Shown: positions 28,241-39,350 of the stretch, piece after piece | Numbering within the stretch: the stretch's first letter is position 1 | Layout of the letters: each line of letters starts with the position of its first letter | Assembly (NCBI GenBank): GCA_963705165.1 | Contig: CAVPJD010000004.1 | Coordinates: 1 to 48,330 of the forward strand | Reading direction: 5' to 3' | Length of the DNA: 48,330 nucleotides | DNA from: an uncultured delta proteobacterium | GTDB taxonomy: Bacteria > Desulfobacterota > Syntrophia > Syntrophales > UBA2192 | Program-made: the position numbers and the translations under genes | Notes under the pieces: generated by a model | What the model was told of the DNA's origin: nothing | The model's database searches: none | Seen by the model: only the letters and a program-made list of their open reading frames with translations

Positions 28241-28633
28241 TTAGCGCTTCGAGAACTGGAACCGTTTGCGGGCTCCGGGCTGTCCGTATTTCTTGCGCTC
28301 CTTGATGCGGGAGTCCCTCGTGAGGAAACCAGCCTTCTTCAGAGCGGGCCGGAGCTCCACGTCCAACTCGCACAGCGCCTTGGAGATGCCCTGTTTTACC
28401 GCGTCGGCCTGACCGGCAATGCCGCCGCCGCCCACGTTGATGTAGAAATCGAACTTGCCCATCTGGTTGGTGATTTCCAGGGGCTGCTCGATGATCTTTT
28501 TGAGAACTTCCCGGGTGAAGTAATCATCGAAATTCCGGTTGTTGATCGTGAACACGCCGGAGCCATCCTTCATCCAGATCCGGGCGATCGCCGTCTTTCT
28601 CTTTCCCGTTGCATAAATACGCTTGTCAGTCAT
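28241..28633 (-). CDS. rpsI: 30S ribosomal protein S9
   Basis: [11 protein letters not shown] and [16 protein letters not shown]. Confidence 0.98.
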   Translation of the reverse strand: MTDKRIYATGKRKTAIARIWMKDGSGVFTINNRNFDDYFTREVLKKIIEQPLEITNQMGKFDFYINVGGGGIAGQADAVKQGISKALCELDVELRPALKKAGFLTRDSRIKERKKYGQPGARKRFQFSKR

Positions 28634-28656
28634 AACCACTCCATCTCCGGTCGATC

Positions 28657-29091
28657 TTACAGTTCAAGCAAATGGGGCTTCTGGGCGTCGTGGGGATGCT
28701 TGCCGCCGGCGTAGATCTTGAGCTTGCGAAGCATCTGCCGGCCCAGGGCATTCTTGGGAATCATGCCCTGTACGGCGCGCCGGATCAGCTCTTCGGGCTT
28801 CTTCACCAGGAGCTTGTGCGCGGGCCATGCCTTGATTCCGCCCGGGTAACCCGAATGATGGTAATAGATCTTGTCGGTGATTTTCCTGCCGGTCAATGCG
28901 ACCTTCTCGGCATTGATGACCACCACGAAGTCTCCCGTGTCGGTGTGGGGCGTAAAGATGGTCTTATGCTTCCCGCGAAGGCGGTGAGCGATATCCCGGG
29001 CAAGCCGGCCCAGAACCTTTCCCTGCGCGTCGACGAGGAACCAGTCGCGGTCGACATCATCCTTCTTGGCCATAAATGTAGTCATGGGCAC
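28657..29091 (-). CDS. rplM: 50S ribosomal protein L13
   Basis: [22 protein letters not shown] and HSGYPGG. Confidence 0.98.
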   Translation of the reverse strand: MPMTTFMAKKDDVDRDWFLVDAQGKVLGRLARDIAHRLRGKHKTIFTPHTDTGDFVVVINAEKVALTGRKITDKIYYHHSGYPGGIKAWPAHKLLVKKPEELIRRAVQGMIPKNALGRQMLRKLKIYAGGKHPHDAQKPHLLEL

Positions 29092-29118
29092 ACCACTCTC
29101 GTAAAATTCGAAAGAGTG

Positions 29119-29147
29119 AGAATAGGTGAATCAGGGATTTTTGTCAA
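29119..29147 (-). promoter_or_regulatory. Sigma70 promoter of rplM-rpsI
   Basis: TTGACA, 17-nt spacer, TATTCT on the minus strand. Confidence 0.75.
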
Positions 29148-29316
29148 GAGAAAAAGCAGAAAGAATGGAATGTTGGAATACTGGAGCAATGGAATGATGG
29201 GTTAATCTCTTCTTTCAATGATTCCAGATCTTTCCGCTGCCTTTTCTTCACCCTTTACCCTGTCTTTTTCTTTCTCTTCACTCAGACACTTCCGCACTCA
29301 GACACTCAAGCACTTT

Positions 29317-31584
29317 TCAGAATCCCAGCGTACGCGTGGAGGTCGAGAACCCCCCGACGCGACCAAACCCGGTCAGGGAAAAAAGAATCATGAACTGGCG
29401 GTCATCGACCAGGTCGGAATAGCTCACCTCCACGCCCCAGCACTGGCTGCGGTACTCGAAGCCGATCGTTCTTTGCAGGGATGTCCTGGTGAAAAGGTCT
29501 TCCCGTAGTCCCGCGAAGACATCCAGGGAGTTCGTGGCCCGGAAGCGCCCGATAATGCCTGCGGACTCGACGGAATTCTTCGTGTAGCGGTAGACGAAAG
29601 CCAGGCTGTCGCCCCGGGCGTCCTTGAGAGCGATATCCTGATTGAGTATCGCCCAGGACACGGTATTGAAGTCGTAGGAAGATCGCGTCGTGAATCCCAG
29701 GTACGGATTGGGGTTAATGTCGATATCGAGCGCGAGGGGGCTGAAGGTTTCACGCGGATCCGCCGGCAGCGCGGTTGGCGCAGTCGGCGGAATGGTCGGT
29801 ATCGCGGTCGTCGAATAGATCGAAGGCTCTGTGATATTGTATGTCTGGCTCAGCTTCAGACGGAAGAGCTCCTGATAGGTCACATTTCCCTTTTCATCGG
29901 CTTTGCGGCCGATCAGGGTATTGGTGAGCGCATAGGTAACGCCGTTGCTCGAGTCGACGCCCGTCACGAAATCGGGCCGGAGTGTCTGGTCCACATTCGG
30001 AACATAGATATACGTAACCTCCGGCTTGACGGCATGCCGGATCTTCTGGATCGATCCCCAGTTGGCATCAAATATGCGGAACACCTCGGTTGTTGCGCCG
30101 AGGGAGACGGAATAGAGAGTGCGGCTATCGGACGTACCGGGCACTGCGGGGTTGTTGCTTGACGCGTCCCAGATCGTCTCCCGGATCCCCAGTTCCGGTG
30201 TGACGGTCGCGTAGCTCCCAAAGGCCCAGGGCAGCGACACTTTTGGATAAACATCAAAAGCGGAACCCTTTACCCCGTAGTCGCGGTAGTAGTAGCCGTA
30301 GAGGCTCGTAACGTCCCAATTGAGGCGAGTATCGAAAAGGGGCTGCTTGAAGCCAGTGAAGGTGATTTCCGGGTAGCGTTGCAGGGTCTCGGCATTGGAG
30401 GGGGTGGTCAAGTTTTCCGTGTACTGCGTCAGGGCCGTCAGGTTGTAGTTTTTCCATTGTTTGACGATGCGGGCCGTGGAGTCGTAGCTCGTGAGTTGTT
30501 CGTTTCCCACGAAGGAGACCTTTTGGAACTTGCTGTTGAGGTTGCCGGCAAAGTGATCCAGGTAGTAGTTGTGGGAACCGAAATCCCGGAAGTAGTAGAT
30601 GTCGGAGACTTTCTTGAGATCCGACCGGAAGGTGAACCCGGGCTCGAAGGTCGTCTCGTGGCTCCAGTACCAGGACCAGCGGTCCTGCTTCTCCGTCCAG
30701 GTGCGGGGAATGCCGCCGAAGGTATCCGTGCCCGTCCATTGATCTTTCAGGAAGTCCCCGTAGAACAGACCATAGGTGCTCGAGCTCGGATGGTATCGAA
30801 ACTCGGCGCTCTCCTGGAGCCCCCGCATGCTCATGTATCGGGTGTAGAGCGTGGCGTCCTGGCTCTCCGATATGGCCCAGTAGAACGGGATCTCCACATC
30901 AGCGCCCAGTTTCTCCTTCGAGTAGCCCAGGTAGCCAGGAAGGAAACCGCTCTGGCGCGTTGTCTTCGCGGGAAACGCCGCCCAGGGAAGCCAGATGACG
31001 GGAGTGTCGCGAATCTGGAAGGAGCCGTTCTTCAGGGTCCCATAGCCGTCGATGGTGACCTCTCCCTCCTTTCCCGTAAAGCGCCAGTCGGGGATGGGCC
31101 CATCGCAGGTCGTTGCTGTGGCATCCTTGACGCGATAGGTAGCCTCGCCGGATTTCTCAATTTCGCTACCCGTTACATAGAGGTGATTTTTGGTGAAGAA
31201 CATGCGCCCGTCGCGAACCACGCCCTTTTTCGTCTCGAGATTGAGCTCGATGATGTCGCCCTCCAGGCTGTCCCCTTCACTCTGGAGATAGGCATGGCCA
31301 TGGGCCCAGGCGTCGTTTGTCGTCCGGTTCATGGTGACCGAGTCGGCCTTCAGGAAACCGCCCGTGAAGGTGATCACCACGTTTCCCTCGGCGCGGTACG
31401 TGTCGGCATCCTGATCATAGGTGAGGCGGTCCGCCTCGATCTGGATGGGCCCTTTCTGGGCCTTTTTCAGGTCGAGACTCGGCTGCCCGCCGGCCGGCGC
31501 GGCCAGGAACAGCAGGAGCACGAGGATGAGTCCCGATGCCCGAGACAGACTCGTAAAGCCCCCCGATTTACGATCGCCGGTCAT
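29317..31584 (-). CDS. lptD: LPS assembly outer-membrane protein LptD
   Basis: Signal peptide, IEAD..AEGNV beta-jellyroll, TTC, RQSGFL, PFYWAI, YRSQCW; beta-barrel C-terminus. Confidence 0.9.
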   Translation of the reverse strand: MTGDRKSGGFTSLSRASGLILVLLLFLAAPAGGQPSLDLKKAQKGPIQIEADRLTYDQDADTYRAEGNVVITFTGGFLKADSVTMNRTTNDAWAHGHAYLQSEGDSLEGDIIELNLETKKGVVRDGRMFFTKNHLYVTGSEIEKSGEATYRVKDATATTCDGPIPDWRFTGKEGEVTIDGYGTLKNGSFQIRDTPVIWLPWAAFPAKTTRQSGFLPGYLGYSKEKLGADVEIPFYWAISESQDATLYTRYMSMRGLQESAEFRYHPSSSTYGLFYGDFLKDQWTGTDTFGGIPRTWTEKQDRWSWYWSHETTFEPGFTFRSDLKKVSDIYYFRDFGSHNYYLDHFAGNLNSKFQKVSFVGNEQLTSYDSTARIVKQWKNYNLTALTQYTENLTTPSNAETLQRYPEITFTGFKQPLFDTRLNWDVTSLYGYYYRDYGVKGSAFDVYPKVSLPWAFGSYATVTPELGIRETIWDASSNNPAVPGTSDSRTLYSVSLGATTEVFRIFDANWGSIQKIRHAVKPEVTYIYVPNVDQTLRPDFVTGVDSSNGVTYALTNTLIGRKADEKGNVTYQELFRLKLSQTYNITEPSIYSTTAIPTIPPTAPTALPADPRETFSPLALDIDINPNPYLGFTTRSSYDFNTVSWAILNQDIALKDARGDSLAFVYRYTKNSVESAGIIGRFRATNSLDVFAGLREDLFTRTSLQRTIGFEYRSQCWGVEVSYSDLVDDRQFMILFSLTGFGRVGGFSTSTRTLGF

Positions 31585-32858
31585 TTTCCACCAAACCCGG
31601 ACCCTTTCGATGAGATGAACAGGTGACGGACCGCCCCCACTAGATAAAGCGATCCCGCCACACAGACGAGATCGTCCCTGCCGGCCATTTCCAGAGCTCT
31701 CCGGATGGCCTCGCGGGGCTCATGGACGGCATCAACGCTGCCGCTCCAGCGCATCGCCTCAGCCGCCAGCGCCTCCGGTGCCAGCGCACGCTCCTCCGGG
31801 GGCCGCGTCAGAATCACGCGATGGGCCAGCGGGGCAAGCCGTCGGATCATCCCCCGCCAATCCTTGTCCGCCAGGATCCCCAGCACGAGGATCAATCTCC
31901 GGTACTTGAATCCGCCCAGGGCCCGCTTGAGCGCCGCGGCGCCGGCCGCGTTGTGGGCTCCATCCAGAATGACCGTGGGGCCCTCCGCCACGATCTCCAG
32001 CCGCCCTTCCCAGCGCACGGCCGCAAGACCGTTCCGGACGGCCTCGTCGCCGACCTCAAACCCTCTGTCGCGCAGGACCCCCAGGGCCCCCAGGGCGCAG
32101 GCGGTGTTTTCCCTCTGATGAGGCCCCTTCAGGGCCGAGGCCAGGTTTTTTCCTTCCATCCCCGGGGACCGAAAGTCGAACAGATCGCCTCGTTTCGCCC
32201 GAATCCGGATCTCCCGGCCCACCCGCAGCAGTCGTGCCTTCCTCTGCCGGCAGACGGCCTCCAGAATGTTTAAAACGGGGGCCTGCGTGGCCGCCGTGAT
32301 GCACACGCCGCCCCGCCTGATAATCCCCGCCTTCTCCAGGGCGATGTCTTCGAGGCGCGGCCCCAGGAATTCGGCGTGGTCCAAGGCGATGTTCGAGATG
32401 ACGGAAAGTTCGGGCCGGATAACATTGGTGGCATCGAGCCTGCCGCCCATGCCGACCTCGATGACGGCCACGTCCACCCTGCAGCGGGCGAAATGAAGAA
32501 AGGCCAGGGCCGTCGCGAACTCGAAGTAGGTCACCCCCTCACGGTTCGCCCTGCGCACCTGCCCGATGCGCCGGCAGAGGATCTCCTCGGGAATCATGGC
32601 CCCGTCCACCCGGATGCGTTCCCGGAAGTCGACCAGGTGGGGGGACGTGTACAGCCCGACCCGGTAACCCGCTGCCTGGAGGATTGCGGCAAGGGTTGCC
32701 GCGATGGACCCTTTCCCGTTTGTGCCTCCCACGAGGATACACTTATAGAGTTTCTGGGGGCTCCCGAGGCGCTCCAGGAGCCTCCTGACAGGTCCGAGGC
32801 CCGGCTGGATGCCCCGGCCTTTCAGACTGTCGAGATACTGAAGCGGATCCACACCCAT
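31581..32858 (-). CDS. folC: Folylpolyglutamate synthase / dihydrofolate synthase
   Basis: GTNGKGS, YTSPHL, EVGMGGRLDATN, EKAGI and LDGAHN. Confidence 0.95.
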   Translation of the reverse strand: MGVDPLQYLDSLKGRGIQPGLGPVRRLLERLGSPQKLYKCILVGGTNGKGSIAATLAAILQAAGYRVGLYTSPHLVDFRERIRVDGAMIPEEILCRRIGQVRRANREGVTYFEFATALAFLHFARCRVDVAVIEVGMGGRLDATNVIRPELSVISNIALDHAEFLGPRLEDIALEKAGIIRRGGVCITAATQAPVLNILEAVCRQRKARLLRVGREIRIRAKRGDLFDFRSPGMEGKNLASALKGPHQRENTACALGALGVLRDRGFEVGDEAVRNGLAAVRWEGRLEIVAEGPTVILDGAHNAAGAAALKRALGGFKYRRLILVLGILADKDWRGMIRRLAPLAHRVILTRPPEERALAPEALAAEAMRWSGSVDAVHEPREAIRRALEMAGRDDLVCVAGSLYLVGAVRHLFISSKGSGFGGK

Positions 32859-33049
32859 AAAGGCTCCCGGATCAAAAGGCTGACCGGATCGGAACGTTGA
32901 AATACGGAAATATTGGGAAAGCCCGTCTGAATGCCGGAGAAAAACCATTATTCCAACATCCCATGATTCCGGCGACCTGCCCCTTCGGCGCAAGACGTTA
33001 TCACAGCCCTGCTGATGCGGGCAACCTCTTTATGGCCTGAAACCCGTGC

Positions 33050-33088
33050 AAAGAAAAAGGGCCACGGGTAGGGATACCCTGTGGCCCT
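33050..33088 (-). terminator. Intrinsic terminator
   Basis: AGGGCCAC(A)GGGTA-TCCC-TACCCGTGGCCCT followed by a T-rich tail. Confidence 0.75.
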
Positions 33089-33125
33089 GTCTGACATATC
33101 AGGCAAGCCTCCCCGCATTGGGGGT

Positions 33126-33234
33126 GAAGTGAGGAAGTTAAGAAGAGCGGAAGCTCGGAGGGAAAGTCACATTCTCTACACTCTTTATCCTCTCTTCCTC
33201 ACTTCTGCTCTTCCGATCTTCACAGCCTCGATGC
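33126..33234. repeat. Copy 3 of the GAAGNNNG inverted-repeat element
   Basis: gaagtgag-gaagttaa-gaagagcg-gaagctcg ... tgctcttc-cgatcttc-acagcctcgatgc; shares its 3' end with the copy at 3103. Confidence 0.7.
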
Positions 33235-33286
33235 CGAAGATGAAGGCAAGGCAACCAACGAAGCCGTCCCCCCGCCGTCGGCCTTC

Positions 33287-33547
33287 CTAGTCCGGGATGA
33301 CCTTGAAGACCTCATCTCCGGGCCGTGTCCGGTCCGCCACCTTCACACCGATGTAGTCGCCCGCGACGGCCTTTTCGACCTTTGCGTTATTGACTTCCAT
33401 GGAGTCGATGACGCTATCGAAGCTCGTTGTATGGCCCACAATCTTGATCGTGTCGCCCACCTTCAGCTCGCCGGCCGTGATCTTGATCGCCGCGACGCTG
33501 GGCTTCGCGAAGAATTTTACGATTTCGCCTATTTTCTCTTCCGCCAT
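33287..33547 (-). CDS. Small translation elongation factor-like beta-barrel protein (EF-Tu domain II-like)
   Basis: IG.I..FF.K.SVAAI, LKVGDTI.I.GHTT and R.GDEVFK. Confidence 0.8.
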   Translation of the reverse strand: MAEEKIGEIVKFFAKPSVAAIKITAGELKVGDTIKIVGHTTSFDSVIDSMEVNNAKVEKAVAGDYIGVKVADRTRPGDEVFKVIPD

Positions 33548-33655
33548 AAGTAAAATCCTCCTTTCTTCCAGTTACCTTCGATCGCTGTTCCATATAATTT
33601 TTCGCGTTGAAAATCAAGTGAATTGCCGGGCGGGCCGGAGGCGGGCTCCGGGCAT

Positions 33656-33685
33656 AAAAAAAGGCAGGGACGATGGTCCCTGCCC
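33656..33685 (-). terminator. Terminator of the alpha operon
   Basis: GGCAGGGAC-CATC-GTCCCTGCC followed by TTTTTTT on the minus strand. Confidence 0.85.
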
Positions 33686-33710
33686 GGTTATTGCGTATCG
33701 AAGGGGATTT

Positions 33711-34250
33711 TTACTTCTCCTTGCCGGTCTCTTTCCTGACCGCCGGCCTTTTCGCCGCCGCTCTCTTCGGCTTGGTCTCTTTCCCTGCCTTCGCGGCCTT
33801 GGCTTCTTTCTTGGCCTTGGGCTCCTTTTTCGCTTTCGGCGCCGCCTTGGCCTCTTTCTTGGCCTTGGCCTCCTTCTTTTCCTTCTTCTCGGAGGGCCTG
33901 ACCGTCAACTCGATGACGGCCATGGGGGCGCTGTCTCCTGCGCGGTAGCCCGTCTTGATGATCCTCGTGTAGCCGCCCTGCCGATCGGCAAAACGGGCGC
34001 CGATCTCGTCAAAGAGCTTCTGCACGACGCCCTTTTCCCGAATCACGGCCGCGGCTTGCCGGCGGGCATGGAGGCCCCCCCGCTTTGCCAGCGTGATCAT
34101 CTTCTCGGCCACCCGCCTCAGCTCCTTTGCCTTGATATCGGTGGTCTCGATCTTCTCGTGTTTCAGAAATGACGTAACCATATTTCGAAGCATGGCATCT
34201 TTGTGACTGGTTGTTCTGCCAAGCTTTCGTCCGCCTACCTGATGTCGCAT
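33711..34250 (-). CDS. rplQ: 50S ribosomal protein L17 with Lys/Ala-rich C-terminal extension
   Basis: [18 protein letters not shown] and R.GD.APMA. Confidence 0.97.
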   Translation of the reverse strand: MRHQVGGRKLGRTTSHKDAMLRNMVTSFLKHEKIETTDIKAKELRRVAEKMITLAKRGGLHARRQAAAVIREKGVVQKLFDEIGARFADRQGGYTRIIKTGYRAGDSAPMAVIELTVRPSEKKEKKEAKAKKEAKAAPKAKKEPKAKKEAKAAKAGKETKPKRAAAKRPAVRKETGKEK

Positions 34251-34309
34251 CTTGAACAATTCCTTTCAGCTCAAAAAAATATCAGGAACGCCGAAATATC
34301 CTGTTCGGT

Positions 34310-35311
34310 TTACTCGGCGCTGCCGGCCTCTTCCCGGTTCTTGGGAGGCCATTCGATCTTCATGCCGAGGGAAAGACCCATCTCGGAGAGGATCTCCTTG
34401 ATCTCGTTGAGGGACTTGCGTCCGAAGTTGCGGGTTTTGAGCATCTCCGCTTCCGTCTTCTGAACGAGTTCGCCGATGATGTGGATTCCGGCATTCTTGA
34501 GGCAATTGGCCGACCGGACGGAAAGCTCGAGCTCGTCCACGCTCTTCAGGAGGTTCTCGCTGAGTTTCTCGCTTTGTCCGGCCTCCTCCTGCACCTTCTC
34601 TTCCTCGATCTCTTCGAAGTTGATGAAAACATCGAGCTGGTCTTTCAGGATCTTCGCCGCAAAGGCAACGGAATCCGCGGGCGGCACGCTGCCGTCGGTC
34701 CAGACTTCCAGGGTGAGCTTGTCGAAGTCCGTGATCTGGCCCACGCGGGCATGGCTCACGATGTAGCTCACCTTCTTGACGGGCGTGAAGATGGCGTCTA
34801 TGTTGATGGTCCCCTCGGGCTGGTCGGGGTCGCGCTCGCGCTTGGCCATGACGTAGCCCTTGCCCATCTTCACGACCATCTCGGCCTTGAGCTTGCCTCC
34901 GCTGGTCAGCTGGGCGATGTAGTGATCGGGGTTGAGGATCTCCACATTGGCATCCGTGATGATGTCCCCGGCTTTGACCTGGCCCGCCTTGGAGGCGTCG
35001 ATCTTGATGGTCCGGGGGACATCGCCGTGAAGCTTCAGGCGGACACCCTTGAGGTTCAGGATGATGTCCGTCACGTCCTCTTTCACGCCGGGGACGGTGG
35101 AGAACTCGTGCAAAACATTGTCAAAACGCACGGACACGATGGCCGCTCCCTGGATGGAGGACAGCAGCACTCGCCTCAGCGAGTTCCCCAGGGTGATGCC
35201 GTAGCCCCGTTCAAGGGGCTGCACGGTGAATTCCGCGTAAGATTTATTGTGGGTCTTCTCGTCGATCTCGATCCGTTTCGGCCGGATCAGGCTGCGCCAG
35301 TTTCTCTGCAT
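34310..35311 (-). CDS. rpoA: RNA polymerase alpha subunit
   Basis: [32 protein letters not shown] and NFGRKSL. Confidence 0.98.
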   Translation of the reverse strand: MQRNWRSLIRPKRIEIDEKTHNKSYAEFTVQPLERGYGITLGNSLRRVLLSSIQGAAIVSVRFDNVLHEFSTVPGVKEDVTDIILNLKGVRLKLHGDVPRTIKIDASKAGQVKAGDIITDANVEILNPDHYIAQLTSGGKLKAEMVVKMGKGYVMAKRERDPDQPEGTINIDAIFTPVKKVSYIVSHARVGQITDFDKLTLEVWTDGSVPPADSVAFAAKILKDQLDVFINFEEIEEEKVQEEAGQSEKLSENLLKSVDELELSVRSANCLKNAGIHIIGELVQKTEAEMLKTRNFGRKSLNEIKEILSEMGLSLGMKIEWPPKNREEAGSAE

Positions 35312-35386
35312 AATCAATTTTCCCTCAGGCTGTCAGGCTCTCGAACCGCCTGGAAAAGGGTTTCGTCCGGAACCTTCCTTGACCGA

Positions 35387-36019
35387 TTACTTGGAGTAAA
35401 GCTCGACCACCAGCTGCTCCTGGACGGGCATCGTGATATCTTCGCGTGTCGGGATCGCCTTCAGGACACCTTTGAAGTTGTCCTTGTCCAGTTCCAGCCA
35501 CCCCGGGATGCCCCTGCGGGCCACCGTTCCCAGGGAGTCGAGGATGGGGAGGACCTTTCTGCTCTTTTCTTTCAGCTCGACGACGTCGTCTTTTCGAACC
35601 TTGTACGAGGGAATGTTGACCTTTTTCCCGTTGACGAGGAAATGGTTGTGGCGCACGAGCTGTCGGGCCTCGTTGCGGGACGGGGCAAAGCCCAGCCGGT
35701 ACACCACGTTGTCGAGCCTCAGCTCCAGGAGCATCAGGAGGTTGGTGCCCGTGATGCCTCTCATGCGGTCGGCCCGTTCGAAGTAGCCCTTGAACTGCTT
35801 CTCGAGCAGCCCGTACATCCTCTTCAGGCGCTGTTTCTCGCGAAGCTGGCCGCCGTAATCGGAGCGCTTCTTTCTCGCCCTCGTCTGCCCATGCTCGCCA
35901 GGTGCATAGCCCCTGCGCTCGAAGGCGCATTTTTCGGTGTAGCAGCGATCCCCCTTGAAAAACAGCTTCAGGCCTTCACGACGGCAAAGCCTGCATTCTG
36001 ATCCTCTGTAACGTGCCAA
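35387..36019 (-). CDS. rpsD: 30S ribosomal protein S4 (Cys-containing form)
   Basis: [30 protein letters not shown] and VELYSK. Confidence 0.98.
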   Translation of the reverse strand: MARYRGSECRLCRREGLKLFFKGDRCYTEKCAFERRGYAPGEHGQTRARKKRSDYGGQLREKQRLKRMYGLLEKQFKGYFERADRMRGITGTNLLMLLELRLDNVVYRLGFAPSRNEARQLVRHNHFLVNGKKVNIPSYKVRKDDVVELKEKSRKVLPILDSLGTVARRGIPGWLELDKDNFKGVLKAIPTREDITMPVQEQLVVELYSK

Positions 36020-36060
36020 GTTGTGCCTCCCTGTAAATTCTCGTGGGTTTATGCTGCGCC

Positions 36061-36453
36061 TTACACGCGCCGTCTCTTGGGCGGACGGCAGCCGTTGTGC
36101 GGGATCGGGGTCACGTCGCGGATCAGGCTGATCGAGATGCCTGTCGCCTGCAGCGCCCTCAGGGCCGACTCGCGGCCGGACCCGGGGCCCTTCACGTAGA
36201 CCCGGACGGTGCGGAGCCCCTGTTCCTTCGCCTTGCGTACCGCGCTCTCGGCGGCCATCTGGGCCGCAAACGGGGTCCCCTTCCGGGAGCCCTTGAACCC
36301 CGACATCCCGGACGATGCCCAGGAGATGACGTTCCCGGTCAGGTCGGTGATGGTGACGATGGTATTATTGAATGTCGACTGGATGTGGGCAATCCCCTCG
36401 GGGATGTTTTTCTTCTCGCGCTTCTTTCCGGTCTTTCTTCTCGGATTGGCCAT
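36061..36453 (-). CDS. rpsK: 30S ribosomal protein S11
   Basis: STFNNTI, GFKGSRK and [18 protein letters not shown]. Confidence 0.98.
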   Translation of the reverse strand: MANPRRKTGKKREKKNIPEGIAHIQSTFNNTIVTITDLTGNVISWASSGMSGFKGSRKGTPFAAQMAAESAVRKAKEQGLRTVRVYVKGPGSGRESALRALQATGISISLIRDVTPIPHNGCRPPKRRRV

Positions 36454-36480
36454 GGGTCCTCCAGGTAATCAATGAGCGTG

Positions 36481-36849
36481 TTACTTCTTCTTGCCGGCGA
36501 TCGCCTTGCGGGGTCCCTTGCGGGTCCGGGCGTTTGTGTGCGTGCGCTGGCCGCGGCCGGGAAGTCCTTTGCGGTGCCGCAGGCCCCGGTAGGTCCCGAC
36601 GTCCATGAGCCGCTTGATCGACATGGAAACGTCCCGGCGGAGATCCCCCTCCACCTTGTGATCCTTGTCGATGACGTTGCGGATGGCCGTCACTTCCCCG
36701 TCGGTGATCTGGTCCGTCTTCGTCTCGTAGGCAACCCCCGCCTCGCGGAGGATCTCCCGCGACTTGGAGCGGCCGATCCCGAAGATGTAGGTCAGGGCGA
36801 TCTCCATGCGCTTGTTCTTGGGTAGGTCAACGCCTGCTATTCTTGCCAC
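36481..36849 (-). CDS. rpsM: 30S ribosomal protein S13
   Basis: [16 protein letters not shown] and [13 protein letters not shown]. Confidence 0.98.
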   Translation of the reverse strand: MARIAGVDLPKNKRMEIALTYIFGIGRSKSREILREAGVAYETKTDQITDGEVTAIRNVIDKDHKVEGDLRRDVSMSIKRLMDVGTYRGLRHRKGLPGRGQRTHTNARTRKGPRKAIAGKKK

Positions 36850-36877
36850 TGCTCGGGCCTCCTCGAATGGTCTTCTG

Positions 36878-36991
36878 TTATCCCTGGCGCTGCTTGTGCT
36901 TCGGGTTTTCGCAAATCACCCTTACGACGCCGTGGCGCTTGATGATCTTGCACTTGTCGCACATCCTCTTTACCGATGGTCTTACTTTCAC
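36878..36991 (-). CDS. rpmJ: 50S ribosomal protein L36 (zinc-binding form; not in the ORF track)
   Basis: Manual translation from [40 protein letters not shown]. Confidence 0.97.
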   Translation of the reverse strand: MKVRPSVKRMCDKCKIIKRHGVVRVICENPKHKQRQG

Positions 36992-37035
36992 GACGAATAC
37001 CCCTTTTGTCAATCGGCCCGCAGCCGTTTCGCACC

Positions 37036-37254
37036 CTACTTCGACCGGTAGGTGATCCGCCCCCGCGTCAGGTCGTAGGGCGAGAGTTCCACCGTCACCT
37101 TGTCTCCGGGAAGGATCTTGATAAAATGCATCCGCATCTTTCCCGAGATGTGAGCGAGCACGCGGTGCTTGTTTTCCAGCTCCACCCGGAACATGGCGTT
37201 CGGCAGCGTCTCGATAACCCTGCCTTCCACCTCGATAGGTTCTTCTTTTGCCAT
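37036..37254 (-). CDS. infA: Translation initiation factor IF-1
   Basis: [18 protein letters not shown] and [10 protein letters not shown]. Confidence 0.98.
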   Translation of the reverse strand: MAKEEPIEVEGRVIETLPNAMFRVELENKHRVLAHISGKMRMHFIKILPGDKVTVELSPYDLTRGRITYRSK

Positions 37255-37267
37255 ATACTCCCTGCGC

Positions 37268-38017
37268 TCAGCCGATCCTGCTCAGGATGACCGGCCCGTT
37301 TTCTGTAATGGCCACGGAGTGCTCGAAATGGGCCGACAGTTTCCCGTCGGCTGTCACCACCGTCCAGCCGTCGCGGAGGATCTCAACCCGGTAGGTTCCC
37401 TCGTTGACCATGGGCTCGATCGCGAAGACCATCCCCGGCTTAAGTTCGATCCCCCGTCCGCCCGATCCGTAGTTGGGGACCTGCGGGTCCTCGTGGAGGC
37501 TCTTGCCGATGCCGTGCCCTACGAGATCGCGGACCACGGAGTATCCTGCGGCCTCGACGTGGCCCTGGATGGCCGAGGAGATGTCGCCGATGCGATTGCC
37601 CGCTTTGACCTCCGCAATGCCTCTGTAAAGAGCTTCTTCCGTTATCTTCAGCAGCTTGCGCGCCCCGGGGGTGATTTCCCCCACGGGCACCGTGACCGCC
37701 GCATCTCCGTAATAGCCGTCGTTGAGGATGCCGAAGTCGAGGCTGACGATATCGCCTTCCTTCAGTTCCCTCTCCGAGGGCATCCCGTGCACGACCTCGC
37801 TGTTGACGGAGGTGCACAGTGAGTAGGGGTAACCCCGGTATCCCTTGAATGCCGGCCGGGCGCCCTTTTTCAGGGCCAGCTCCTCGGAGAGCCGGTCCAG
37901 TTCGATCGTTTTGACCCCCGGCCTGATCTTCTTCCTGAGCTCCTCCAGGATCGCGGCGACGATGGCGTTGCTCTTTCTCATCTTTTCAATCTCCGGACGA
38001 GATTTCAAGATGATCAT
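37268..38017 (-). CDS. map: Methionine aminopeptidase type I
   Basis: [28 protein letters not shown] and SAHFEH. Confidence 0.97.
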   Translation of the reverse strand: MIILKSRPEIEKMRKSNAIVAAILEELRKKIRPGVKTIELDRLSEELALKKGARPAFKGYRGYPYSLCTSVNSEVVHGMPSERELKEGDIVSLDFGILNDGYYGDAAVTVPVGEITPGARKLLKITEEALYRGIAEVKAGNRIGDISSAIQGHVEAAGYSVVRDLVGHGIGKSLHEDPQVPNYGSGGRGIELKPGMVFAIEPMVNEGTYRVEILRDGWTVVTADGKLSAHFEHSVAITENGPVILSRIG

Positions 38018-38029
38018 GACCGAGCCTCC

Positions 38030-39337
38030 TTACCGCCGTTTCGCCAGGCGCCCTTTCTTGAGGAACCCCTCGTACTGCCGCGCCAGGAGGTGGGTCTCGA
38101 TCTGTCCCGCCGTGTCGAGGGCCACGCCCACGATGATCAGCAGCGCCGTCCCGCCGAAGTAGAAGGGGACGTTGAAGTAGACCATCAGGATACTCGGAAG
38201 CACGCAGACCGCAGAGACGTAAATGGCCCCGCTGAAGGTCAGGCGGCTCAGCACGTGGTCGATGTACTCGGCCGTCTTCTTTCCCGGCCGGATGCCCGGC
38301 ACAAAGCCCCCGTGTTTCTTCATGTTATCTGCCACGTCGATCGGGTTGAACACGACGGCCGTATAGAAAAAGCAGAAAAAAACGATAAAGCTCACATAGA
38401 GCAGTTCGTAGAAGAAATGCCCCGGTATCAGCGAGTCGGAAACCCACTTCATCCACGGGTGCGGGATAAACTGCGCCAGGGTCGCCGGGAACATGATGAT
38501 CGACGACGCGAAGATGGGCGGGATGACGCCCGACGTGTTGACCTTGAGCGGCAGGTGTGTCGTCTGCCCGCCGTACATTTTTCTCCCCACGATCCGTTTT
38601 GCATACTGCACGGGGATGCGCCTCTGTCCCGTCTCCATGAAAACGATGGCGCCGACGACGGCCACCATGAAGACGGCCAGGAAGATCACGGCCAGGATTC
38701 CCATCTCCCCCGTGGACACGAGCCGGAAGGTGTTGATGACGCCCTCCGGACCCCGGCAGACGATGCCGGCGAAGATGATGAGCGAAATCCCGTTGCCGAT
38801 CCCGCGCTCGGTGATCTGTTCGCCCAGCCACATGATGAAGGCCGTGCCGGAGGTGAGCGTGATGACCGTCATGAGACGGAAGCCCCAGCCGGGGTTCATG
38901 ACGATGGAGGCGCCCGTCGGTCCCGCCATGTTCTCGAGACCCACGGCGATCCCGAAGCCCTGGATGAGGGAAAGGAGCACCGTCCCGTAGCGCGTGTACT
39001 GGGTGATCTTTCGGCGCCCGGCTTCGCCTTCCTTGGACAGCTTCTCAAGGTGCGGAACGGCGATCGTGAGCAGCTGCAGGATGATGGAGGCGCTGATGTA
39101 GGGCATGATCCCCAGGGCAAACACCGAGAGGTTCGAGAGCGCCCCTCCTGCAAACAGATCGAAGAGCCCCAAAAGCGACCCCTTGGCCTGGTCGAAAAAC
39201 GCAGCCAGCGCCGCCGTGTCGATGCCGGGCGTGGGCACATGGGCCCCGACCCGGTAGACGACCAGCAGAATGAACGTGAAGGCAATGCGCTTCTGGAGTT
39301 CCGGGATTTTCTGTATGTTTTTCAGTCCGCCAATCAA
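38030..39337 (-). CDS. secY: Preprotein translocase SecY
   Basis: ALGIMPYISASII, WLGEQIT..GIGNG, GVIPPIFASS, PGIRPG and FGGT; TTG start with GAGG RBS. Confidence 0.97.
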   Translation of the reverse strand: MIGGLKNIQKIPELQKRIAFTFILLVVYRVGAHVPTPGIDTAALAAFFDQAKGSLLGLFDLFAGGALSNLSVFALGIMPYISASIILQLLTIAVPHLEKLSKEGEAGRRKITQYTRYGTVLLSLIQGFGIAVGLENMAGPTGASIVMNPGWGFRLMTVITLTSGTAFIMWLGEQITERGIGNGISLIIFAGIVCRGPEGVINTFRLVSTGEMGILAVIFLAVFMVAVVGAIVFMETGQRRIPVQYAKRIVGRKMYGGQTTHLPLKVNTSGVIPPIFASSIIMFPATLAQFIPHPWMKWVSDSLIPGHFFYELLYVSFIVFFCFFYTAVVFNPIDVADNMKKHGGFVPGIRPGKKTAEYIDHVLSRLTFSGAIYVSAVCVLPSILMVYFNVPFYFGGTALLIIVGVALDTAGQIETHLLARQYEGFLKKGRLAKRR

Positions 39338-39350
39338 ATCCGATATCCTC

